64,000 nt of DNA from an uncultured virus (IMG/VR IMGVR_UViG_3300020037_001477) (lineage: Duplodnaviria; Heunggongvirae; Uroviricota; Caudoviricetes), in the IMG/VR virus record IMGVR_UViG_3300020037_001477, one strand, 5' to 3'. A program made the position numbers and the translations under genes. This document shows, piece by piece, positions 55,998 to 64,000 of this stretch (position 1 is the first letter of the stretch; each line of letters begins with the position of its first letter). Below the pieces are notes generated by a model that saw only the letters and a list, made by a program, of their open reading frames with translations, did no database searches and was not told the DNA's origin.

Positions 55998-58742
55998 ATG
56001 ACGTTCCAACTAGACCAGAAGGCGGTCGTCGCCTTTCTGCGCACGATCACACCGCCGAACAAGGCGGGCTCTCTCGCCATCATCTCGCGCCCGACCGACG
56101 CCAACCTGAAGATCGCAGAGGATGCGCTAGCTGCGGGGGAGAAACGCGGCGGGTTCATCTACAAAGAGACCACGCGGCAGTTTGCCGGCAACGATCCGAA
56201 CGGTCTCACCAATCTGATCACGCTGCTCAACGAGCGCAACGGCATCGCGCACATCTCAGCGCGCATGGGCCGCATCAAGATCGGATCGCCGACAGCGAAG
56301 CTCGACAATATCGAGCAGGTCGGTGCGCTCTGGATCGACATCGACGCCAAGAAAATGGCACCGACGTTCTACCCCGATCCTGACACAGCGGTGCAGTGCG
56401 CGGTCGACGCGCTGCTGGAGTTCGAGTTGCCGCCAACGATGATCGTCTTCACTGGTGGCGGCGTGCATGCCTATTGGAAGCTGAGCCAGGGTGCAGGCCC
56501 GGCGGCGCTATCCGTGATCGAGACGTGCAACCGCGCGCTGGTGAACCTGTTCACCGCTGACGACACGCCTGCGATCATGAAGGCGAACGCGGCGATGCGT
56601 ATCCCTGGCACGATCAACTGCAAGTACGGGATCGTGACGGAGATCGTGCATCACGACGAGACCGCGATCTACGATCTAGGCGACACGGCGAACTTCCTAG
56701 CTCAGCCGCGTGACGCGCTCGCCTTCGGCCCTGGTCTCATGACGCTGAAGGACACGCTTGATCGGTTGTCCGGCAAGCAACTCACGCCGGCCGCGCTATA
56801 CCAGCGCGCGGCTGCGCAGGTCGGGGCGCGCGGCGGCAAGACCGATGAAGAGTGGGAAGAGATCATCGGTCGCATCGCTCTGCCTGGGCACCGCAACAGC
56901 GCATGGGCAACGGTGTGCGGCAAGCTGGCGCAGGAAGGCTTGTCTCCTGACCAGATGGTTGGCTGGTACGCGCAGGAGTACGAGCAGCAGGCGAAGGCCT
57001 ACCCCGGCACGCGCGAGCCGCTGCCTCCGATGGAAGTAGTCGCGACAGCGGATAGCGTGTGGAAGAGCCACCAGTCTTCGCGGCGGGAGACCGACGCTCG
57101 CCACCCTACACAGGCCCCCGCGTCCGCATCGGATGCAGGGGCGGAAGAACCGGAGCCGGAAGCAGAGACAATAGCGCTGGACCCTGTGTCGACATCCAAT
57201 CCGTTTGGCAGCGCGTCCGTCTCAACGCGAGCGCGCGTCGAGGACATCGAGAAGAACGTCAAGAAGGCGCAGCGAAAGCAGCACATCCTGCGGGCGTTCG
57301 TTGATGGCGTCGTGTCGTTCTTCGATCCTGGCCGCAACGGCAGGCTGATCGAGAGCGAAGAACTCTTCTGGGTTTGCGATCTGACATCCAACGTCTGGTC
57401 GTCGAAGACCCACGACGCCATGGCGCGCGTCATCAACGACTTCATCACCTACGGCGTTGGTGCCGTCGCCAGCGCGGCGGTGGTCAACGAGGTCAGGTTG
57501 ATGCTGAAGAACAAGACGCACCAGACCGTGGTGCCGTGGAACAGTGGCGCGGGCAAGCATGCGGTGGTGTTCTCGAACAACATCGTGATCGACCTGAACA
57601 CGATGAACGAGTTGACGCTGACCCCCGATATGTACGTGCAGGATCGTCACAAGATGGCGTGGCCGTGGGAGCCCGGCGCGCAGTGCCCGTTGTGGAATAA
57701 GGCGCTCGCCGACACCTTCGCGCACATCCCTGCTGCTGATCAGCCCGGCGTGCTCGACACGATTGAAGAGTGGATGGGGACGATCCTGATTGGCAGGCAC
57801 AAGCCGCGCGAGATTGCCAAGGCCATGGTGTTCTTCGGTCCTGAGTTGACCGGCAAGTCCACGGTGATCGACGTGTGTCGGCGAATGTTGGGAGACAGCA
57901 AAAGCTCGTCGCTCAAGCCCAGCGATCTAGGCGGCGACCATAGTCTCAGCGAGCTAGCTCAATCCATCGCTTGGCTGGTCGACGAAATCCCCTCCGCCGG
58001 CAAGCTCGAAGACAACATCTTCAAGCAACTCGTCACCAACGAACCGGTGCAGATCAACCCGAAGTACGTCGCCGCCTACACGAAGCGCCTGGACTTGACC
58101 ATCGGGTTCGCCGGCAACAACCTCCCGATCATCACCGACCCGACGATGGCCACGCTGAGCCGCATCATCTGGGTGCCGTGCCTAACGCAGTTCTTCCCGA
58201 ACAACCCAAACACGAACCCAACCCTGATCGACGATCTGGAGAAGGAAGCCGCTGGCATCGTGCAGCAGGTGGCCTGGGCAGCGAACCGCGTGCTGCTGCG
58301 CGGCCGGTTCGATCTGCCGCCTGTGTTGATGCAGGAACAGGAGAAGATCAAGGTTGTCTCCAACCCGATGCACGACTACCTGAAGCAGGCGATCAGGCCG
58401 AACCCGAAGGTCTCGATCAAGGTGCGCGATCTCCTGGCTGGCTACCTTGGGTACCGCGCCATGATCCGGGGCACTGTCTCTAAGAAGCTGATCCACGAGC
58501 GAGACACGACGACCGATGTCCTCGGGCGTGTGCTGAGCACCATGGTCCCGTCAGCGATCTCCAGCCAGAGCGGGGGGCAAGGCGTGTGGATCGGGGTGGA
58601 GTGGAGCGACAACGGTCTCGGGTGGGTGCTGCATGGGGACGGGATGTTCGATCACCCGACCTATGGAAGCTCTCCGCAAGCTGCGAAGAGCGCCAACATG
58701 GCAGCACCCCCCGGCACCGTCCTGCCTTTCGCGAGGCCTTAG
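55998..58742 (+). CDS. Primase-helicase: RepB-like AEP primase fused to D5/P4-type SF3 helicase
   Basis: LWIDID, TGGGVHAYW, MRIPGTIN; GHRN PriCT-like; GPELTGKST, VDE, AGNNLP. Confidence 0.9.
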   Translation: MTFQLDQKAVVAFLRTITPPNKAGSLAIISRPTDANLKIAEDALAAGEKRGGFIYKETTRQFAGNDPNGLTNLITLLNERNGIAHISARMGRIKIGSPTAKLDNIEQVGALWIDIDAKKMAPTFYPDPDTAVQCAVDALLEFELPPTMIVFTGGGVHAYWKLSQGAGPAALSVIETCNRALVNLFTADDTPAIMKANAAMRIPGTINCKYGIVTEIVHHDETAIYDLGDTANFLAQPRDALAFGPGLMTLKDTLDRLSGKQLTPAALYQRAAAQVGARGGKTDEEWEEIIGRIALPGHRNSAWATVCGKLAQEGLSPDQMVGWYAQEYEQQAKAYPGTREPLPPMEVVATADSVWKSHQSSRRETDARHPTQAPASASDAGAEEPEPEAETIALDPVSTSNPFGSASVSTRARVEDIEKNVKKAQRKQHILRAFVDGVVSFFDPGRNGRLIESEELFWVCDLTSNVWSSKTHDAMARVINDFITYGVGAVASAAVVNEVRLMLKNKTHQTVVPWNSGAGKHAVVFSNNIVIDLNTMNELTLTPDMYVQDRHKMAWPWEPGAQCPLWNKALADTFAHIPAADQPGVLDTIEEWMGTILIGRHKPREIAKAMVFFGPELTGKSTVIDVCRRMLGDSKSSSLKPSDLGGDHSLSELAQSIAWLVDEIPSAGKLEDNIFKQLVTNEPVQINPKYVAAYTKRLDLTIGFAGNNLPIITDPTMATLSRIIWVPCLTQFFPNNPNTNPTLIDDLEKEAAGIVQQVAWAANRVLLRGRFDLPPVLMQEQEKIKVVSNPMHDYLKQAIRPNPKVSIKVRDLLAGYLGYRAMIRGTVSKKLIHERDTTTDVLGRVLSTMVPSAISSQSGGQGVWIGVEWSDNGLGWVLHGDGMFDHPTYGSSPQAAKSANMAAPPGTVLPFARP

Positions 58743-59008
58743 ATCATCAGGCTCTTCGGCGGGGTGTAGTCGTCAGCGCCCCGCCGCTTGGCCATGAAGG
58801 ATCGCGGGAGTTTCTTCCCGTAGACCTTCTCCAGATAGGCAGTCATGACCAGCGCGCTAAACACGCCGACCGGCATGTTCGCACGCTTGGCCTGGGCCGT
58901 GAGATGCGCCGCCGTCTTCAACGGCATCCGCATCATGATCGGGCGTGCAGCCCCGGCCACCAAGTTCTGCACGCCATCCTTCGTGTTGTTTCGCTTCAGC
59001 TTCGGCAC
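58739..59008 (-). CDS. Small ribbon-helix-helix-like DNA-binding protein
   Basis: IMMRMP..HL..QAKRANMPV pattern; AAGGAG SD. Confidence 0.55.
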   Translation of the reverse strand: MPKLKRNNTKDGVQNLVAGAARPIMMRMPLKTAAHLTAQAKRANMPVGVFSALVMTAYLEKVYGKKLPRSFMAKRRGADDYTPPKSLMI

Positions 59009-59011
59009 GGT

Positions 59012-59755
59012 CTACTCCTTCTTCTCCTGGTTGGTGGGGGCCTGCTGCATGCCGGGCATCGTCGTGAACCCGGCCGGCGCAACGCCCGCCGACAGCCCTT
59101 GCAGATAGCGGCGGGTGTCGGTGTACAGGCGAGTGCTGGGCGTGTTGGCGAGCTTCTCCAGCGCCTTCCGCCGCAGCCAGTTGGCTTGGTTGGGGTCGAG
59201 CATGCGGAAGGTCTGCACGTTCGCCATCGACTGCGACAGCAGATCGTTGAAGCGGAACATCTTGATGGGCTCGTCCATCGGGATGTTGTGCCAGATGCGC
59301 AGCAGCGTGAAGCCGATCATCTGGCGCTGGAACTCGTCGGCCCGTCCCTGGTCCGACATATCGAGCAGCTTGCCGGCGAGCGCGGAGAACACCGCGACCG
59401 CATGGATGAAGCTGCCGTAGCTGTGCTGATACTTCGACGTGAGGTCGGTGAACAGCAGCAGCGCGCCGGCAAGATCGTTGATCGACGAGGCGCGCCGGTA
59501 CCACTCGTCGATGATCATCGCGTCATCATCGGGCACGATGATCTGGCCCTTGTCGTTCTTCTGGAAGGGCGTGATCTTCTCCGCCATGTTGACGGGCTCG
59601 GTCTGGCGCGGCTGCTCAACCAGCGTGGCAACCGGAGCCACGACAGGCGGGGGCGGCGCGTCAGCAGGAGCTTCCGTGAGCTTCACGCGGGTAGCCCGCC
59701 GCCGGTTCAGCGCCTTGCTGACTTCGTTGGGGGACGGGGTCTTACGAGAGGCCAT
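59012..59755 (-). CDS. Hypothetical phage protein
   Basis: GGAG SD; good codon bias. Confidence 0.75.
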   Translation of the reverse strand: MASRKTPSPNEVSKALNRRRATRVKLTEAPADAPPPPVVAPVATLVEQPRQTEPVNMAEKITPFQKNDKGQIIVPDDDAMIIDEWYRRASSINDLAGALLLFTDLTSKYQHSYGSFIHAVAVFSALAGKLLDMSDQGRADEFQRQMIGFTLLRIWHNIPMDEPIKMFRFNDLLSQSMANVQTFRMLDPNQANWLRRKALEKLANTPSTRLYTDTRRYLQGLSAGVAPAGFTTMPGMQQAPTNQEKKE

Positions 59756-60416
59756 GTGTTATCTCCATGAGTTCGGGAGGGATGTTGAGGTTGTCTCTGT
59801 CGAGACCGAAGTCCTCGATCAAGAGACCTGTCTCCAGGACGTGGGCTCGCCATGCCTTGGTGGCGCTCTTTCCTTTCAGCGTTGTTGGATCGACGAAGAG
59901 CCTGCGTGGGTCTTTGCCGTTCCGCTTGCAGTAACGCTTGATGCTCTTCACCAAGCGCATGGTGTCGACGACCTGGGTTGTCTCACCATCCACGTTGACG
60001 GTGGTGTAGAGCCCCAGAAGCTCGGCGATGCGGTACCATGACAGCGCGTGCTCGACGCGCAGAACGATGGCCAGTCGACAGCGCGCCTCATACAGATCAC
60101 GCCGGGCGTTGGATTTGATCTCCTGCTCTTCTGCCGGCGTGCTCAGCAGATCGAGGCGTCCAGCGTTGCGCACGATCTGGTAGACGCGCTGGCGCGAGAT
60201 GCCGTGGCGCAGGCCGACATCAGCGAGAACGCTCGACTTCGAGTTCCCGTTGGCGACAGCGATCTGCTGTGCTGCTTCGACGTCGAGGATGATCTGCTTG
60301 TTGCGCTCGGGCTTGGCGTACATGGCGACGCCACGCTGGCCGCGCACCTTCTTAGTGAGCAGTGTCTCGATGCGCTCAGCTAGGCGCTCAGCGTCGGTTC
60401 TGGAGAGTTTGCGCAC
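59742..60416 (-). CDS. HTH transcriptional regulator (sigma region 4-like)
   Basis: LADVGLRHGISRQRVYQI and LSWYRIAELLG; GGAG SD before GTG 60416. Confidence 0.7.
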   Translation of the reverse strand: MRKLSRTDAERLAERIETLLTKKVRGQRGVAMYAKPERNKQIILDVEAAQQIAVANGNSKSSVLADVGLRHGISRQRVYQIVRNAGRLDLLSTPAEEQEIKSNARRDLYEARCRLAIVLRVEHALSWYRIAELLGLYTTVNVDGETTQVVDTMRLVKSIKRYCKRNGKDPRRLFVDPTTLKGKSATKAWRAHVLETGLLIEDFGLDRDNLNIPPELMEITHGLS

Positions 60417-60699
60417 TGAGAAACTCCGCCCATAGCTCGTGCAGATGGGCAATCTTGAACATATCGGTGAGACGGCTGTTGATCCTGGCCTCGCGTAAAT
60501 CCTTGGCCACGACCACGGGTGTCTCGCCGTGGGCCTGTTCCTTGGAGACGAGGATGAACTCGCCGTCTATCGGTGTGGTGTCGTCCGTGTAGGCGGCGAG
60601 GCCCTCACATATCCTGGTCGCGAGGTCTTCGTTGTTGAGACGGATGTCGCCTCGATGCTCGTCCAGGAGCAACTCCAGTCGCTTTGTGCTGATCCGCAT
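60388..60699 (-). CDS. Hypothetical protein
   Basis: Co-directional ORF with adjacent boundaries. Confidence 0.6.
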   Translation of the reverse strand: MRISTKRLELLLDEHRGDIRLNNEDLATRICEGLAAYTDDTTPIDGEFILVSKEQAHGETPVVVAKDLREARINSRLTDMFKIAHLHELWAEFLSAQTLQNRR

Positions 60700-60702
60700 G
60701 GC

Positions 60703-61224
60703 TCAAGCTCTCCCTTGATCTTGTGAGTACGCATGCGCCGGCCGTTCAACCTCCATCGCTTGCGTCTTGTCGAACTCCCTGAACCTGTGCATCAGGATCG
60801 CGGTGGGCGTATCCACATGCGCAAGCCAGTGGTTGGGATCGACGGCGCTGCCTGGGCGCTTGCTGGCGCTCACCTTGGCCTCTTCGATCTTGCCGTCCAG
60901 AACGACACGCGCAGCGACCGCTATCAGTCCTAGCTCGGCGATGAAGTTGGAAAGCTGAAGAGCCTTGCGCGGCACCGTGTTCGGGTCCATCGACACATCC
61001 TCGGCGTTGGCCGTGCGGTAAATCTCGATGTAGGTCATCTTCGCCAGCATGAACTTGTGTGTCTCGGCGATGATCAACTGCACGAGCGCCTTACACAGGC
61101 CAGCGGTAGGACCGTCTTCGAGTTTCTCGTAGTCGATTCCAGCATAATCCATCGCGCGTTTGCAGATCGTCAGCATCTCGGTGGCCTGGAGCATCGGGTC
61201 AGGCATCTTGATCGTGTCGTCCAT
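60703..61224 (-). CDS. Hypothetical protein
   Basis: ATG 61224 coupled to an upstream TGA; good codon bias. Confidence 0.65.
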   Translation of the reverse strand: MDDTIKMPDPMLQATEMLTICKRAMDYAGIDYEKLEDGPTAGLCKALVQLIIAETHKFMLAKMTYIEIYRTANAEDVSMDPNTVPRKALQLSNFIAELGLIAVAARVVLDGKIEEAKVSASKRPGSAVDPNHWLAHVDTPTAILMHRFREFDKTQAMEVERPAHAYSQDQGRA

Positions 61225-61394
61225 CAGAACCCCCAGCGGTGCATGTAGGTAAGCATGAGCCACGAGAACATGGCGACAAGATGCGCGAACCAGACGCGAC
61301 GCCATAACAGGGTGTCTTCGTCCCACGCCTTCTGCGTCTCATGCATGCGCAGCCACACGGCTTCGCGCATGGCCTGAAGCTGGTCTGGGTTCAT
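61224..61394 (-). CDS. Small hydrophobic protein (56 aa, MNPDQLQAM..)
   Basis: Below ORF-track cutoff; overlaps neighbours by TGATG and ATGA. Confidence 0.45.
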   Translation of the reverse strand: MNPDQLQAMREAVWLRMHETQKAWDEDTLLWRRVWFAHLVAMFSWLMLTYMHRWGF

Positions 61395-61519
61395 CGCACG
61401 ACGATCTTGATCGCCTGCACCATCAGGTCTGGAACCGACAGGCAGAGCAGCACGATGGCCACGAAGATCAAACCGGGGATCAGATCACCGGCAACGTGCA
61501 AGACAGCGCGCTTACTCAT
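61391..61519 (-). CDS. Small single-TM protein (42 aa, MSKRAVLH..)
   Basis: Below ORF-track cutoff; ATGA overlaps at both ends. Confidence 0.45.
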   Translation of the reverse strand: MSKRAVLHVAGDLIPGLIFVAIVLLCLSVPDLMVQAIKIVVR

Positions 61520-61917
61520 TTGATGGTCCTCGGCTTAGGTTTCGGGGAAGGGATCATAACAGGGTTCAGCACGCGTGCCAACCGTTCGTAGGCCTGAAGA
61601 AACTCCTGGAGGAATTTCCCAGACACAGCGCCAACCCTCGGCCCAACGCTGCTTGGATAGGAGGCGTTCGGGTTGATCCGCATCGGGTCGTCCTGCCCAG
61701 AGACAGCAGCCGTTATGGTCTTGGCGTGCTCACCGATCTCAGCAACCAGTGCGTAGGCACGCTTGAGTTTCTCCAGGATACCGTCGCTCTCGTATTGGCG
61801 GATGTGCTGGCTCTGGTCTATGGCATCTCGCAGAGAAATGGTGATCGTGTCGGTGCCGTCGACCCCGCGATCCACTCCCACTTCAACGACATCTTGCTCT
61901 GACTTCTCGACCGACAT
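61516..61917 (-). CDS. Hypothetical protein
   Basis: GAGG SD before ATG 61917. Confidence 0.6.
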   Translation of the reverse strand: MSVEKSEQDVVEVGVDRGVDGTDTITISLRDAIDQSQHIRQYESDGILEKLKRAYALVAEIGEHAKTITAAVSGQDDPMRINPNASYPSSVGPRVGAVSGKFLQEFLQAYERLARVLNPVMIPSPKPKPRTIK

Positions 61918-61925
61918 GGCAAACC

Positions 61926-62780
61926 TCAGTGATTGATGAAGGCGATTGCCCTGCCCCAGGAGGCATCCGCCCAACACAAGCCGCAGGTCGAGCACGCGGA
62001 GGTCTTGTCGATCTGCGCCGGGCAGACGATGACGTCCTTGTGCAACGCCGTCTTGTCTCCTGAGCTAGAGACAGGGATGGCCTCGCCTTCGTAGGTGATC
62101 GGGTTGGGCACCGATCTCCTGACCTTCCAACGCTCGGGGTACGCCTTACCGATCTGCATGACAGCTTGCCCGATCTCGCTCTGTGGCTGGCGCGCAGTGT
62201 ACCCGAAGACCCGCAGGCCGCGCATCGCCTTCATGGCCGTGTCCCACAGGCGCACGTATCCAAGCGAGTAGAAGTCCCCCAGAATATGGAGCCTCACAAC
62301 GAAGCCTCGGGGGTACTCGCTCTGAAGTTTCTCCAGATTGCGCCAGAGCGCGATCTCGAACAGCGTCGAGGGTTGGTACCGCTTCGACCAGTTCATGTTG
62401 TTGCCGTAGCACGAGAGCCAGTGCATGCACGAAGACGGGCATGTCTTGCGCTCTTCGAGGGTGAGCGCGAAGATTGGCATGCCTGTCCACGCGCCACGAG
62501 AGACAACGGCCCCTAGCTTGCGCTGATAGCCTCCGGGCTTGAGCACCCGCTCGTCCATCTGAGCGAACACCCTGGTGTGCGGGAAGAGCGTGCGGCTCTC
62601 CGTCACAGCTTGGTGGTCCTTGGTGAGCACGACGCCCCGCCGCTTGCGCGTGCTCACCGTGATGTTGGAGAAGCGCCGCCCCTCCATGCTGGGCTTGTGA
62701 ACCATCAGCGTGCCCGCCAGATCGAGCTTCCGGCGGCGATCTCGAAGGTCTCGTCGTGTGTGTAGCTCACGGCTCGGCAC
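61926..62780 (-). CDS. GP88-like Fe-S (radical SAM-related) protein
   Basis: TCPSSCMHWLSCYG, VRLHILGDF, VFGYT, CPAQ..CSTCGLCW; start uncertain. Confidence 0.75.
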   Translation of the reverse strand: MPSRELHTRRDLRDRRRKLDLAGTLMVHKPSMEGRRFSNITVSTRKRRGVVLTKDHQAVTESRTLFPHTRVFAQMDERVLKPGGYQRKLGAVVSRGAWTGMPIFALTLEERKTCPSSCMHWLSCYGNNMNWSKRYQPSTLFEIALWRNLEKLQSEYPRGFVVRLHILGDFYSLGYVRLWDTAMKAMRGLRVFGYTARQPQSEIGQAVMQIGKAYPERWKVRRSVPNPITYEGEAIPVSSSGDKTALHKDVIVCPAQIDKTSACSTCGLCWADASWGRAIAFINH

Positions 62781-63048
62781 CCTCTTCCTCGGGCTGCGCC
62801 TCGGCCGGCATGCTCAGGTCGCCGAAGTGTTCCTTGTTCAGGATCGCAACGGCTTCCAGCAGCGCGGCGAGCGCCTGCCTCGACGAGACCTTGATCTCGC
62901 TCGGACCCTCGGCCTCGAAGCTGAAGCCGTCGCGCTTGGCTTCGCCCTTCAGGGCCTTCAGGTTTTTCTTTGCGTCGCCCTGCTTGGCGTCGAAGTACCA
63001 AGCCGGCGGCTCGCCAGCCCTGGTGAAGATGGTACGCCAGACGATCAT
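62767..63048 (-). CDS. Hypothetical protein
   Basis: GGAG SD; good codon bias. Confidence 0.65.
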   Translation of the reverse strand: MIVWRTIFTRAGEPPAWYFDAKQGDAKKNLKALKGEAKRDGFSFEAEGPSEIKVSSRQALAALLEAVAILNKEHFGDLSMPAEAQPEEEGAEP

Positions 63049-63051
63049 GAG

Positions 63052-63345
63052 TTACTCCGCTCCTGGTTTGGCCGGGATGCGATATGCCCCCGGCGCGTGG
63101 ATCATCTCTCGCTCGGACTGTGGATCGCCCCAGCCCTGTCCATAGTTGGTGCCTGGGCCGCGCTTGTCGACGGCCTTGTCAGCAAGCTGCACCATCTTGC
63201 GGTGCTCGCGCGCACGAAGACGTCGCTGTGCCGGGGACAACCTAGCCAGTTGTTTGTGGTGGGGCGATCCGGGGATTGGACACGAGCCGTTGCACTGAGA
63301 CCAATCGTCCCCAGAGACAGCCCCGCACTTAGGACACGCTGTCAT
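63052..63345 (-). CDS. Small Cys-rich protein (MTACPKCG..)
   Basis: CPKC..CNGSC; GGGAG SD before ATG 63345. Confidence 0.55.
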   Translation of the reverse strand: MTACPKCGAVSGDDWSQCNGSCPIPGSPHHKQLARLSPAQRRLRAREHRKMVQLADKAVDKRGPGTNYGQGWGDPQSEREMIHAPGAYRIPAKPGAE

Positions 63346-63754
63346 CGGTCGGCTCCCGCTGTTGGCGCTCGTTGCGGATGTAGTAGGCGATCTCCATCTC
63401 GGCGGTCGCCTCGCACGCGAACACGATCTCGGGCTGCTCGGCGCGCCGCCCCAGGAGCATGATCTCCTGCGAGTTGCCGTTGCGGTCAGGCCCCATCGGG
63501 TATTCGCCGTCGCTTTCGTTCCAATCCTTGATGATCTTTTTTGCGGCACCCCAGAAGGTTCCGTCGTAGGTCTCGTGGATTGCGGCTTCGTCCCAGACGC
63601 CGGCCTTGGCGCACTCACCCACGAGGAACTCCCACTTCGGAAGGCACTTGTGCGTGCGCTTCCTGTCTCCGCCGATCAGCGCAGCAGAGACACCCTCGTT
63701 GAATGACAGGCCGTCATTCATGAGGTACTCGCCGCAGGTAGGACACGGCCTCAT
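63329..63754 (-). CDS. Hypothetical protein with N-terminal zinc-finger-like CPTC..HKC
   Basis: GGAG SD; co-directional with neighbours. Confidence 0.6.
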   Translation of the reverse strand: MRPCPTCGEYLMNDGLSFNEGVSAALIGGDRKRTHKCLPKWEFLVGECAKAGVWDEAAIHETYDGTFWGAAKKIIKDWNESDGEYPMGPDRNGNSQEIMLLGRRAEQPEIVFACEATAEMEIAYYIRNERQQREPTDDSVS

Positions 63755-63760
63755 GACTGG

Positions 63761-64000
63761 CTACTCCGGGATTTCAGTGGGCGGGGTCTCGGCGAGATGC
63801 TTCTCGATGTCCTCGCGAGACGGGTAGACCTGCTCCAGCAGAGACACGGCGTCCTTGGTCATGACGAAGAGCGCGTCTCGTGCTGCGACCTGGGTCTCGA
63901 TCAGCGACGAGCTTGAACTCAGCACCGCCTGCGCCGCAGCCGCAAGCCGGCGCAGCTTGCCGCGCATCTCGAACGCGCGCTGGAACAGGACGGCGTTGGC
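63761..64000 (-). CDS. Hypothetical protein, probably 5'-truncated by the window edge
   Basis: Frame stays open to the end of the window. Confidence 0.45.
   Translation of the reverse strand, partial: ANAVLFQRAFEMRGKLRRLAAAAQAVLSSSSSLIETQVAARDALFVMTKDAVSLLEQVYPSREDIEKHLAETPPTEIPE

Larger units (their letters stand above)
1..64000. mobile_element. Tailed dsDNA bacteriophage genome (podovirus-like), partial or near-complete
   Basis: Terminase, portal, scaffold, capsid, nozzle, ejection proteins, holin/endolysin and PolA/primase-helicase replication genes in phage order. No tape-measure or sheath gene and no host core genes seen. Confidence 0.95.

Noticed and set aside
1..64000. Alternative genetic code, tRNA genes or prophage integration module
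   Set aside because: Standard-code ORFs tile the window using all three stops; no tRNA-like sequence, integrase or host flank recognised.

Overview
The window is part of a GC-rich (roughly 65% by eye) tailed dsDNA phage genome, most likely of podovirus morphology and infecting a Gram-negative host. No host housekeeping genes, rRNA, tRNA, CRISPR array, integrase or RNA polymerase are recognisable. Layout: (TTGCTGG)n repeat at the left edge; orphan gene and an AT-rich island with a DnaA box; RuvC-like resolvase; a leftward early operon (small ORFs, MoxR/CobS-type AAA+ ATPase, CobT-like zincin-VWA protein, HTH protein); an AT-rich divergent control region; a long rightward late region (terminase, portal, scaffold, major capsid, adaptor and nozzle, tail fibre, an RTX-type HlyC acyltransferase, four ejection-type proteins including a 3026-aa polyvalent protein, more fibre and accessory genes, holin, endolysin); then replication genes (dNMP kinase, family A polymerase, SSB-like protein, Cas4-like nuclease, SNF2 helicase, primase-SF3 helicase) and small leftward ORFs including a GP88-like Fe-S protein. 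The most unusual signals are: a genome-wide over-represented hexamer GAGACA/TGTCTC (about 135 copies by hand count), an HlyC-family acyltransferase coupled to the ejection-protein genes, a probable overprinted small gene inside the giant protein, and CCAKCGCC repeat arrays shared by the two AT-rich non-coding islands. All family calls come from motif recognition, not database searches.
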